DNA of 64,000 nt from an uncultured virus (IMG/VR IMGVR_UViG_3300020596_000022) (Duplodnaviria > Heunggongvirae > Uroviricota > Caudoviricetes). Of the stretch, positions 27,761-36,371 are shown one piece after another (position 1 is the stretch's first letter; every line of letters starts with the position of its first letter). The notes under the pieces were generated by a model. That model saw only the letters and a list, made by a program, of their open reading frames with translations. It searched no databases and was not told the origin of the DNA. A program made the translations under genes and the position numbers. The DNA is taken from the IMG/VR virus record IMGVR_UViG_3300020596_000022; one strand, written 5' to 3'.

Positions 27761-28315
27761 CTATTTAAATCCAAGACTTTTTAATTTACTTATAACTTCC
27801 GAAACATTGGTGACTTGAATTGCTATGCCACCACTACTTCTAAATTCATTACAATTTTTATCATAATCGTCAATCAAAAGATTAGGATTACCGTTTGCGG
27901 CTACCGCATATTTCTTCTTATCTTTACGACCAACAAAATGAACATTGCTAAGGTTATTTAGTCCAAGATTCTTTGCTATCCATTGTTGCTTCTCTGGAAT
28001 GCTTGTAGGAGAATAATCTGAATATGCGCTCAAAATATTGGGTTTATATGGTTTAACAAACTCCCAGAGTTTCTTACCGTCTTTCATCCATTTAAGGTTA
28101 ATCCAAAAATGTGGTATCTTATTAAGAACCGCCCATCTGATTGCATCTGCTCCGTCATTAGTATACTGTTTCCAAAATTCATGTGTCCATTTTGGATAAC
28201 CAAACTTTTCTAGCGCGGCGTCGGCCCCTTGATACCAATCTACTATTGTCTCGTCCATATCAAGATATATGGCAGGAAGTTCTTTACCTACAATAAAGTC
28301 TTTTAAACTTTTCAT
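27761..28315 (-). CDS. 5'(3')-deoxyribonucleotidase-like HAD hydrolase (NT5C)
   Basis: IYLDMD, ILSA, K..W, K..YA, LIDD..KN...F...GG.AI. Confidence 0.85.
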   Translation of the reverse strand: MKSLKDFIVGKELPAIYLDMDETIVDWYQGADAALEKFGYPKWTHEFWKQYTNDGADAIRWAVLNKIPHFWINLKWMKDGKKLWEFVKPYKPNILSAYSDYSPTSIPEKQQWIAKNLGLNNLSNVHFVGRKDKKKYAVAANGNPNLLIDDYDKNCNEFRSSGGIAIQVTNVSEVISKLKSLGFK

Positions 28316-28327
28316 TAGAGCCAGGGT

Positions 28328-29392
28328 TTAAGTTTTATCATTGCCTCTGTAAACTGGTCTTTCAGAAGGCACATCAAGTGCGTCGGCTATCGCCTGACTA
28401 ATTACACCATCAACATCTTCAAAACCAGAAACAAGATCAGCTAATGCTTCAACCGAAGGAGCTCCAGGAAGATCTACAGAAGGTATAATCTCTGGGCGGC
28501 CATTTACATAATTAATTAATAGTCTATAAGTATTAATACCAGACACAACATCAATATCTTTAATAATGTCAACGTGTTTTGGGTTTTCTAATCCAGATCT
28601 TGCACCGATGGCCGCAAGAGGTTCAGGAGAACAATAATCTTCTTTGATTAGTTTACTTGATAACTCAGAAGCTTTAGCAGATGCAGCGCCTTGGCGGTAA
28701 TTTAATCTGTTCGGAGCTCCAGGAGCTACAACATTATATGATCCGTTTTTGTTGTCGTATATAATTTTATGCGGATAGTTTTTTAGTGGACCAGTTTTAA
28801 CATAAACAACATCACCAACTTTGAATGATTCGTTTAGATCTTTATCTTCCTCTTCTTCCTCTAGTTCATCTTTGTCTTTTAATTCATCGCTATCATCGCC
28901 AGCGGTTAATGAACTAAGAGCAGCACCAGGAAGTGGAGCATTTTTCTTGGCCGAGGCAGGGCCATCAATTCTTTCATCATCTTCCTCTTCTTCAAGTTTA
29001 TCTTCTTCGTCTTCTTCTTTAAGATCGTCTTCATCAGAATCATCGGATTCTTCTAACTTATCTTCTTCGTCTTCCTCTTCGTCTAATTCTTTTTCGTCTT
29101 CTTCGCCTAATTCGGGAAGTCCTGACTGAGCATCTACGGCAGCTTTCTTGTGTAGCAATTCGTCATCACTTTCTTCTGAGTAACCACAACCACAAGCTTC
29201 ATCTAAACGATTGGCTACCCAAGTAGCAAAAAGATGTTGTTCTGATTCGCTTAACTGTGTGATTGATTTTACTTTAAAAGCTTTAAGAGCTTCCTTAACA
29301 AGCTTACGATATGACTTTGAACGATTGTTAGAACTTTCTTTCATGATACCTGAGGCGGCATCAATCAAGTCTTTTGGAAGATTCTTAAACAT
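28328..29392 (-). CDS. acidic putative prohead core/internal protein
   Basis: Glu/Asp-rich repeats with L.E motifs (LDE, LEE, LKE, LNE) resembling T4 gp21 cleavage sites. Confidence 0.6.
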   Translation of the reverse strand: MFKNLPKDLIDAASGIMKESSNNRSKSYRKLVKEALKAFKVKSITQLSESEQHLFATWVANRLDEACGCGYSEESDDELLHKKAAVDAQSGLPELGEEDEKELDEEEDEEDKLEESDDSDEDDLKEEDEEDKLEEEEDDERIDGPASAKKNAPLPGAALSSLTAGDDSDELKDKDELEEEEEDKDLNESFKVGDVVYVKTGPLKNYPHKIIYDNKNGSYNVVAPGAPNRLNYRQGAASAKASELSSKLIKEDYCSPEPLAAIGARSGLENPKHVDIIKDIDVVSGINTYRLLINYVNGRPEIIPSVDLPGAPSVEALADLVSGFEDVDGVISQAIADALDVPSERPVYRGNDKT

Positions 29393-29393
29393 T

Positions 29394-30281
29394 TTACTCT
29401 TCTCCTTTGAGCTTTTCTTTAAAACTTATTAATTTACGAGTAGACACTATTTCAAAAAAGGTCTTTTCTTCTTCTTTATTTAGTGTTTCTAAGTCGAACA
29501 TAGTTTCACACCAGATCGCTCTATAGTGCAATGTATTCTCAGAAGGAACCACTATTATTTGACCTGTAGTTCTTTGAGAACCTTTAGTTACGTCCATTCG
29601 TAGTGGATTTACCTGTGGATTAGGATCGTCTTTATTTGATATGACTTCAAGCAGTTCTTGAAATGAATTAGCTTTCTTTAAGCCTTCATTGACTGTCTTA
29701 TATCTTACTTCTGAACTTGCTCTATCTGCCGACTGTTTTGGTATATCAGATTGAAAACCAGTAAACGGTAACATGATGCCGTGATTGGTTCTTACGACAA
29801 ACTTATCTTGTGGAACTTCTAACACTTTATAAACGTATTTCTCTTCTTCATCACCATTGGTAATGTATGCACCTTCAAACACAAAACATCTATCTTTATC
29901 TGCAATGATTGTGTTACCAGTAATTTCAAAGTCAATTAATCGTTTTGTAGCTTTTAAAACATCAGCTTCAAATAGAGCAGTACGGATACGAAGTCCATCA
30001 GGAGAATAATAGGTTCTTTTACTTGGATTGAAATCTTCTATCTGTGAATCTTTAGCACCCTTAAAATCATAATCTTCTAAGTCAATCTTAGCAGATACGA
30101 TTCCCACTCCAAACTCATTAAGTCCTTCAGTATATTTTGTGAATTCATCCCAGATATAAAGACGCTCAATATCACGTCTAAAAGATTTACGGATTCTTAC
30201 AGTTGGCTTGTATGTCTGATCCCTATTTTTGGCCAACACCCACCCAACATCCTGAAAATATTTGGCGCAAATTACTGACAT
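29394..30281 (-). CDS. Ntn-hydrolase-like peptidase
   Basis: AKNRD..Y.P, EGLNE.G.GI, SPDG, VRTNHG, RTTGQ. Confidence 0.6.
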   Translation of the reverse strand: MSVICAKYFQDVGWVLAKNRDQTYKPTVRIRKSFRRDIERLYIWDEFTKYTEGLNEFGVGIVSAKIDLEDYDFKGAKDSQIEDFNPSKRTYYSPDGLRIRTALFEADVLKATKRLIDFEITGNTIIADKDRCFVFEGAYITNGDEEEKYVYKVLEVPQDKFVVRTNHGIMLPFTGFQSDIPKQSADRASSEVRYKTVNEGLKKANSFQELLEVISNKDDPNPQVNPLRMDVTKGSQRTTGQIIVVPSENTLHYRAIWCETMFDLETLNKEEEKTFFEIVSTRKLISFKEKLKGEE

Positions 30282-30432
30282 TGTTTAACTCCGAAATATC
30301 CTTTATATGGTTTATTTTTTTCTCCAATTTTTATTAATCGTTGGATAATAAAGATTATTATCTTTACACCATTCTTTCCTGTCTTCAACATAAAATTCCA
30401 CAACTCTTACACTCGTATTCATAGGTTGGCAT
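30273..30432 (-). pseudogene. decayed FmdB-like start fused to an endonuclease-like tail
   Basis: MPTYEYECKSCG stops after 15 codons; other frames read EWCKDNNLYYPTI and KPYKGY. Confidence 0.4.
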
Positions 30433-30474
30433 AGCTAACCTTATTTAGTTGTGTTTGTGGCTTACTGGCTTGGA

Positions 30475-30744
30475 TTAAGCAGAAGGCTGAGCATCAGAAT
30501 CAGATTCATCTTCCGATGGCTCTGAAACTTCAGGTGTTAGAAGTCCAGCTTTCTTAATCAGTGAATTTGCTACTAGCGCGATAGCATCAAGGGCTTGGCC
30601 CCATTTAGATGCGGCAAAGCCAGGTACAGCATTAAAATTACCAAAAAATTCATGAGCTTGTCGTAGCACTTGAATTTCCTGTTCAGCAGTAAGTTCTTGA
30701 ACTTGTGGTGCTGGGGCTGCGGCTTCTTTAGTTTTGTTAGACAT
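30475..30744 (-). CDS. hypothetical protein
   Basis: GGAG SD and an upstream TTGACT promoter-like element. Confidence 0.7.
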   Translation of the reverse strand: MSNKTKEAAAPAPQVQELTAEQEIQVLRQAHEFFGNFNAVPGFAASKWGQALDAIALVANSLIKKAGLLTPEVSEPSEDESDSDAQPSA

Positions 30745-30818
30745 AATTATTCTCCATTCATTTAATAATAAACATTACTACAGTACCATTATATATGTAT
30801 CATCTATAAAGTCAAGGA

Positions 30819-31364
30819 TTATTTATTCTGACCTGGAACATATTTCTTATATGTGGATACTAACTCATCTGTTCCATCTTCCAGATACTCATTAACTTTT
30901 TTAGATCGGGCGGCCGAGTCTTTCTTTTGAGTTTCACGTTTTCTGTCTGCTTCTTTCTTTCTGAAATCTGTCTCTCTAGCTTTTTCATTATCCAAATCTT
31001 GGCGTCTTTTGAGATCGTCTTTTTCTTTATCGTGTCTATCTTTAGCTAGTTCAGTAGATGATGGAGGACCTTCATCGGCAGCTTCATTTAGTTCTCTGGT
31101 TGTAAAGTCTACGTGAACCAAATAATATTCACCTTCGTTTGCTCCGCCTGCTTGGCGAATCAAGTTACTATCTGCTTTGAATTTTGTTAATGCTCTTGCT
31201 CTAGGAACTTTGGCCTTTAAAAGTTTTAATGTGGCAAGATCTCTATTTTTATTGAAATCTTGTTTAGGAACCATGATGATAGCAGAACCTTTATCAGCAC
31301 CATGCCAAACAACCTGATTGACAGCACCAGTGGATTCTTTTATATAAACTTTAAACTTCTTCAT
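30819..31364 (-). CDS. putative internal virion protein
   Basis: MKKFKVYIKE leader; AATAAATA at 31373-31380; E.GTDELV..YK...PGQ tail. Confidence 0.65.
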   Translation of the reverse strand: MKKFKVYIKESTGAVNQVVWHGADKGSAIIMVPKQDFNKNRDLATLKLLKAKVPRARALTKFKADSNLIRQAGGANEGEYYLVHVDFTTRELNEAADEGPPSSTELAKDRHDKEKDDLKRRQDLDNEKARETDFRKKEADRKRETQKKDSAARSKKVNEYLEDGTDELVSTYKKYVPGQNK

Positions 31365-31375
31365 AGTACCTCTAT

Positions 31376-32377
31376 TTATTCGTCTATTTCTTTATACCCA
31401 ACTTTATCAAAATCATGGGCATACTTTAATAGCTCATTCATTTTTAATCCAACAATGTAAGCTACAACTTTACTCTTGGAATCTAACTCTTTTAGAGCAT
31501 AAAATTGATGATGCCCATCTAAAACGAAATTGTCTATTGATATAATGAACGGCTTGGGAGTAGCACCTGAACTTAATGCATCCATTTTTTTCAAAATCTT
31601 CTCGCTGTTTACTTCTTTCTGAGTAGGTTTCAACGTGCTTATAGGAACACTTCTCATGCTAACTGGAATACCTTCTTTCTCTAACTCTTTAATAAACTCT
31701 TTAATATGATCTTGCATGATCTGAGGCATCTTATTTCTTGGTATATTAAGACTACCTTGTGTTCGTAGTATTGATTCAGCGATCTTCATTCCTTTTTTAA
31801 CTAGCTCAAACATTTCTCTTGAGAAACGATCACTTAAACCAGAAGGAACGCCTTGACGAAAATTTGAATATTTGTTATGAATGGCAGCTTCACGCATCTT
31901 AGTGCCACTGATACCTGTCACACCCTCATCATCAGGATCTCTTTCTCCTGCTGATACTACTTCAAACTTATCAATTTCAAATGATTTTTTCTTATCTGGA
32001 TGATTAACATATGGAGTAATTTCTTTTCTAAATTGTTTTACTCTATCATCACCAACTACCATTATAATATGTTGATAACCTAATTCAATTAATCTAGTTA
32101 TTGCTTGATATGGTGTTCTTACTTTAGGGTCTTCTTTAATTGCTTTAGCGGCTTCTGGAACACCAAGTCTGATATACTTAATTTTCTGTTTGTTTGTTAA
32201 TGGATTCTTTGATGGGTCTTGTGTAAAAGAAACGTACACAAAAGGATCAGCACCTTTAGAATGAGCAACATCTAATACTTTGCGAATGAGTTTTTCATGT
32301 CCTGCCGTAGGCGGATTCATTCTACCAAAGGTAAATACGGCAGTCTTTGCTTGTCGTATTTCAGAAAGAGTCTTCAT
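31376..32377 (-). CDS. HxGH-type (cytidylyltransferase/NMNAT-like) nucleotidyltransferase fused to a ParB/Srx-like domain
   Basis: FTFGRMNPPT.GH.KL, VVG.DRV..F, SAG.RDPD....G.S.TKMR; C-terminal LKPTQ...I.S.D..VLDGHH. Confidence 0.85.
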   Translation of the reverse strand: MKTLSEIRQAKTAVFTFGRMNPPTAGHEKLIRKVLDVAHSKGADPFVYVSFTQDPSKNPLTNKQKIKYIRLGVPEAAKAIKEDPKVRTPYQAITRLIELGYQHIIMVVGDDRVKQFRKEITPYVNHPDKKKSFEIDKFEVVSAGERDPDDEGVTGISGTKMREAAIHNKYSNFRQGVPSGLSDRFSREMFELVKKGMKIAESILRTQGSLNIPRNKMPQIMQDHIKEFIKELEKEGIPVSMRSVPISTLKPTQKEVNSEKILKKMDALSSGATPKPFIISIDNFVLDGHHQFYALKELDSKSKVVAYIVGLKMNELLKYAHDFDKVGYKEIDE

Positions 32378-32419
32378 ATTATTCGTATTGTTTAATCGTA
32401 TGTGTGGGTGGATTAGCTT

Positions 32420-32851
32420 TCATTTTGCTTCCATTTCAGTCTTTCGCTTTATGATATATTCTATCACTGCTATGCCCGTACTGTCAAGATAGTTTCTATA
32501 ATGTTGCAACCAATGCTTTTGCTCTTCTAAATCTGAATATTGACTAAGTCCTTTGAAGCCAACAAAACCCTTAGCATCTTTAAACATGAACCCACCAAAA
32601 TCTACGTAGGTTTCTGCTTTAGGTTTATTCCATCTTTGTCTTTTTGGGTCTAGTGTTTGAGCTACAAATCTCCAACCTTTACCTTTCTTATATTCTACCC
32701 AATATCTAATTTGTGTTCTTGCATGAAATCCGTAAGGATAATCATCAACAACAAATGCAGTCTTTTCGTCTGTGTGTCCTTTAAGTGGAGTATGCGGCTC
32801 ACCAACTTTATCACCCGAAGCTTCTTTTAGATATTGTGTAAATGCTTTCAT
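32420..32851 (-). CDS. putative internal virion protein
   Basis: MKAFTQYLKE leader; DDYPYGF..RT..RYW.E. Confidence 0.65.
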   Translation of the reverse strand: MKAFTQYLKEASGDKVGEPHTPLKGHTDEKTAFVVDDYPYGFHARTQIRYWVEYKKGKGWRFVAQTLDPKRQRWNKPKAETYVDFGGFMFKDAKGFVGFKGLSQYSDLEEQKHWLQHYRNYLDSTGIAVIEYIIKRKTEMEAK

Positions 32852-33195
32852 TATCGTTTGCCTCCAAAATAAGCTACGGCGTGACCTTCAACAATTAATT
32901 GATCATTAATAAGTGTACCATCTAATGTAATGTTTGCTAACATTCTACCAAACTTTTCTTCTTTATCTTTGAATGTATTTACTACAACTTCTTTATCTTG
33001 TATAAGAGCTTTCAATCTTGCTTTGGCAGCTAGGCCTTTTACTTTTTCTACTTTGTCTCTAGTTCTACTCTCTGGACAATTAATACCATACAGACGCAAT
33101 CTTGAAACGAACTTAACATCAAAACCAAGATCAATAATAACATCTATCGTATCGCCGTCTATTACTTCTAATACTTTTGCTTTATATTCGTACAT
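32851..33195 (-). CDS. staphylococcal nuclease (SNase)-like protein
   Basis: V.DGDT.D..IDLGF, RLYGI..PE.RT, KFGR.L, L..EGHA..Y.GG. Confidence 0.9.
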   Translation of the reverse strand: MYEYKAKVLEVIDGDTIDVIIDLGFDVKFVSRLRLYGINCPESRTRDKVEKVKGLAAKARLKALIQDKEVVVNTFKDKEEKFGRMLANITLDGTLINDQLIVEGHAVAYFGGKR

Positions 33196-33196
33196 A

Positions 33197-34417
33197 TTAC
33201 CACGTTTTTGCTAGATTGAAGTTGTTACGAGAAAACTCCAGTCGGTCAACCAGTTTGACTGCCGAGCCACTTGCATTGATAGCGACAAAGCCTTCTGGGG
33301 ATATCACCTTAAACCCATCGGGGGTTTCTAAGAACGTGCCTAAACTTTTAACTGTTTTAAGTTTGGCTATTAATAAACTCTTAGCTTCGGCAATTAGTTG
33401 TGCGACACTAAACATTAAAATCAGTTGATCTGAGTGCTCACGAAGCAGTTCTTTAAGTTCATTCAATACTAGTTCTTTTCCCGCTTTGCCTTTTTCCGTC
33501 TTGAGTGTTGACACATCTTTTCTATATCGCTGCTCGATAAAATCCACCAAACCTGCTGCATATGCTTGGCTACCTGTGATACCCACACCAACTCTAATTT
33601 GACTATTACTATACATTTTGATTAGGGATCTTAGATTTAGATTTGATGCGATATAGTTTACCACTTTAGAATCCATTGATGAAAATTGTTGCTTGATGGC
33701 AACCAACAAGGCGGTAACTTCTTCTGTTTCGTCTTTAGTTAATGTTGCTGTGCCTGACACGTTTCTAAATGTTGCATCAGTAGCCCAAACGTCTGGTGTG
33801 TATTTTAATTTTGATGAATCAACACCGAACGATGCCTTGGATGTGAGAATGCTTTGTCCAGTATAAGATGTATGAAACACTATACCAAGTTTAGCTGCTG
33901 ATATTGTATTAGCTAGCTCACTATTGGTCGGTACTGTATATGTGATAGTATTAGGTCTGAATGCTAGATGTGATTCGCCGCCTATATCTACTGTTTTAAC
34001 GTCACCTTGAGTGAAAAGTAAATCACCCTGAAGAATACCTTTAATACCCAATTTAGGGAGATGCTGCAAACACATCGCAAGTTTATCTCGTAATACCGGA
34101 TCTGTGTGGTTTCTTTCTATGTCTGCTACTGTGTGATTGATCTTGCCGTCTTTATTGAATACACTTTTAGTACCAACAAAAAACCTACCGCTTTCAGGGG
34201 CGATTCCGCAGATAATGGCTGGAGAGCCATCCCACTTGGCCGTTACGTTGACTTTGCTTTTAGCGTGTCCAGCTAACATCTTTCTAAGACTGATTAAGAA
34301 AGCAATCGCCTTACGTGTGCCAGCAATACCACCATTGAACACTTCGTCTTCTATGTGTTCAAGATGGGTATTCTTACCCTCTGCGGCTTCTGTTATGTAT
34401 TTCTTAAACGTAATCAT
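33197..34417 (-). CDS. DUF6267-like protein with ligase-type nucleotidyltransferase motifs
   Basis: EGKNTHLEH.ED, T.KWDG.P, QGD.LF, PEGFVA, VKLVDRLEFS; MITFKKYITE leader. Confidence 0.75.
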   Translation of the reverse strand: MITFKKYITEAAEGKNTHLEHIEDEVFNGGIAGTRKAIAFLISLRKMLAGHAKSKVNVTAKWDGSPAIICGIAPESGRFFVGTKSVFNKDGKINHTVADIERNHTDPVLRDKLAMCLQHLPKLGIKGILQGDLLFTQGDVKTVDIGGESHLAFRPNTITYTVPTNSELANTISAAKLGIVFHTSYTGQSILTSKASFGVDSSKLKYTPDVWATDATFRNVSGTATLTKDETEEVTALLVAIKQQFSSMDSKVVNYIASNLNLRSLIKMYSNSQIRVGVGITGSQAYAAGLVDFIEQRYRKDVSTLKTEKGKAGKELVLNELKELLREHSDQLILMFSVAQLIAEAKSLLIAKLKTVKSLGTFLETPDGFKVISPEGFVAINASGSAVKLVDRLEFSRNNFNLAKTW

Positions 34418-34487
34418 TCAGATTCCAAACATTGTATTAACCTTATTATATTTATCGCAATAAGGTGCCGTCTGAATCCAAATTAGT

Positions 34488-35339
34488 TTACTTATAATTT
34501 CTGACTATGACTTCGTTCACCTTTCTGCGGCTCTCAGCACTAGCACCAACGCTTCTATTAACCTCTACTGTGTCAATGTTAAACTTTTCGTACATAGTAT
34601 AGACTATCGGAGCAGAAGAATTAGAAAGCATCCATTTAACTCCACGAGCATCTAATAGATGACAAACATCTAATAACTCTTGTTGTTCAATCATACCAAA
34701 ACCATCTTTAGTATATTGGGTAAAAGTTGAACTGATACCATCTGGAATATATGGAGGGTCAAAGTAAACAAAATCTCCATATTCAGCATAACTTAAAACA
34801 GAAGTAAAACTTTCACATGATATCGTAGTATTTTTTAATGCTAGTGAACACGCATTAAGATTTTCTATATCTAAGAAGTTTGGTGAACTATAATGTCCGA
34901 ATGGAACATTGAACTGGCCTTTTGAGTTTACTCTATACAAACCATTGAAACAAGTTTTGTTTAAGTAAATAAACCTGGCAGCACGTTGAACTGAACTAAG
35001 CTTAGAAAACACTTTAGGATCTCTATCAAGTTCTCTGACTGATAAAAAGTAATCTTCATTATTTTCATACTTATTTAATTCTACAATTAAAAGACTTAAA
35101 CGATTTTTAATAGTTTGATACGCATTAATCAATTCAGCATTAACATCTGAGATATATGCTTCTTTAGGTTGAAGATGGAAGAATAGGGCACCACCACCCA
35201 AGAATGGCTCATAATAACCATTATATTTTTCTGGAAGTAAAGGTACTATTTTTGGTAATAATCTTCTTTTTCCACCAACCCACTTAAATGGAGGATTCAC
35301 TAAATACTTATTATCATCTACTGTTGAAGTATTATTCAT
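34488..35339 (-). CDS. dam: Dam-family DNA adenine methyltransferase
   Basis: KWVGGK, YEPFLGGG, FNGLYRVN.KG.FNVP.G, DPPY. Confidence 0.92.
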   Translation of the reverse strand: MNNTSTVDDNKYLVNPPFKWVGGKRRLLPKIVPLLPEKYNGYYEPFLGGGALFFHLQPKEAYISDVNAELINAYQTIKNRLSLLIVELNKYENNEDYFLSVRELDRDPKVFSKLSSVQRAARFIYLNKTCFNGLYRVNSKGQFNVPFGHYSSPNFLDIENLNACSLALKNTTISCESFTSVLSYAEYGDFVYFDPPYIPDGISSTFTQYTKDGFGMIEQQELLDVCHLLDARGVKWMLSNSSAPIVYTMYEKFNIDTVEVNRSVGASAESRRKVNEVIVRNYK

Positions 35340-35888
35340 ATGAATTGGTCTATCTATTGTTTAGAACATATTATTTCAGGACGTAAATATATAGGATTGA
35401 GTAAAGATCCTACAGCCAGAAAATGTTGGCACAAACATTCATATAAACACATCAATACCCACATATCTAATGCCATAGGCAAATATGGATGGGATTCATT
35501 TTCTTTTATCATATTAGAAGATAGTTTAACACAAATAGAAGCAAAAAACAAGGAAAAAGAATATATTAAAAAATACAACACATTCAAATGTGGATTTAAT
35601 TCAACTGAAGGTGGAGATGGAACTTGTGGTAGAAGCTGGACACAAAAACAGAAAGATAAATTAAGTAAACAAAGAAAAGGAATTAATAATCCCTTTTATG
35701 GAAAGAAACATACCAAAAAAACAAAAACAATTTTTAAAGAAAAATCATCCAAAAGTAAAGGAAATCAAATGCTACAACCCAATAGAAAACCAATTACTAT
35801 AAACAATATAGAATATGTAAGTATTAGAGAGGCGTGTAGACAATTAAATATTAACAAATATATGGCAAAGAAGTTATCTAAAAATTAA
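35340..35888 (+). CDS. GIY-YIG homing endonuclease with NUMOD3-like motif
   Basis: SIYC...KYIG, AI.KYG...F, E..YI, FN.T.GG, NPFYGKKHT, Y.S..EA.R.L; lies on the + strand against the gene string. Confidence 0.88.
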   Translation: MNWSIYCLEHIISGRKYIGLSKDPTARKCWHKHSYKHINTHISNAIGKYGWDSFSFIILEDSLTQIEAKNKEKEYIKKYNTFKCGFNSTEGGDGTCGRSWTQKQKDKLSKQRKGINNPFYGKKHTKKTKTIFKEKSSKSKGNQMLQPNRKPITINNIEYVSIREACRQLNINKYMAKKLSKN

Positions 35889-36357
35889 CATCGGAGAATT
35901 TAGACTTGTCATAAACTTTATTTTCTGCTTTCATCCCATTACCAAATTTTGATTTATCAAATGCTGGAACATCATCGTCTTTGTCATCGCCTGTGCCAGA
36001 ATCTTGTAAACCTTTTTGTGCGCTTTCATCAAGATCAAATAATCTCATCTTAGATCGATCTATTCCAACTACAAACTTTTTATATGTTGTTACATCATTA
36101 TACCTGTTTTTGAGTTGTTTTACAACTATTTGTCCAAGTTTTTCTAACTCTTCTGTAGTCCAAAGTGCAACCATAAAATCTGCCGTGGCCGGTAAACCAA
36201 AACTCTCGGAGGTGTTTTCTAATCCAATATCAGTGGATACAAAGCCTGAATTATGCGTTAAGATGTCATTGGCATAAAATAAATTATTACCGGACACTTC
36301 AATATCCACAACGTCTTCGTATCCAATTTCAACAATTTCTACTATTTCATCAAACAT
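35878..36357 (-). CDS. 41: gp41 helicase C-terminal fragment, preceded by split-intein IntC
   Basis: THN|SGF..TD....TSESFGLPATADFM, VKQLKNRY, F.VGIDR.KMRL.D; alternative start at 36387. Confidence 0.9.
   Translation of the reverse strand: MFDEIVEIVEIGYEDVVDIEVSGNNLFYANDILTHNSGFVSTDIGLENTSESFGLPATADFMVALWTTEELEKLGQIVVKQLKNRYNDVTTYKKFVVGIDRSKMRLFDLDESAQKGLQDSGTGDDKDDDVPAFDKSKFGNGMKAENKVYDKSKFSDVNF
36250..36357 (-). mobile_element. split intein C-half (36 aa, gp41-1-like, +1 Ser)
   Basis: MFDEIVEI...DIEVSGNNLFYANDILTHN|SG. Confidence 0.9.
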
Positions 36358-36371
36358 ATAAATCCATTTTT

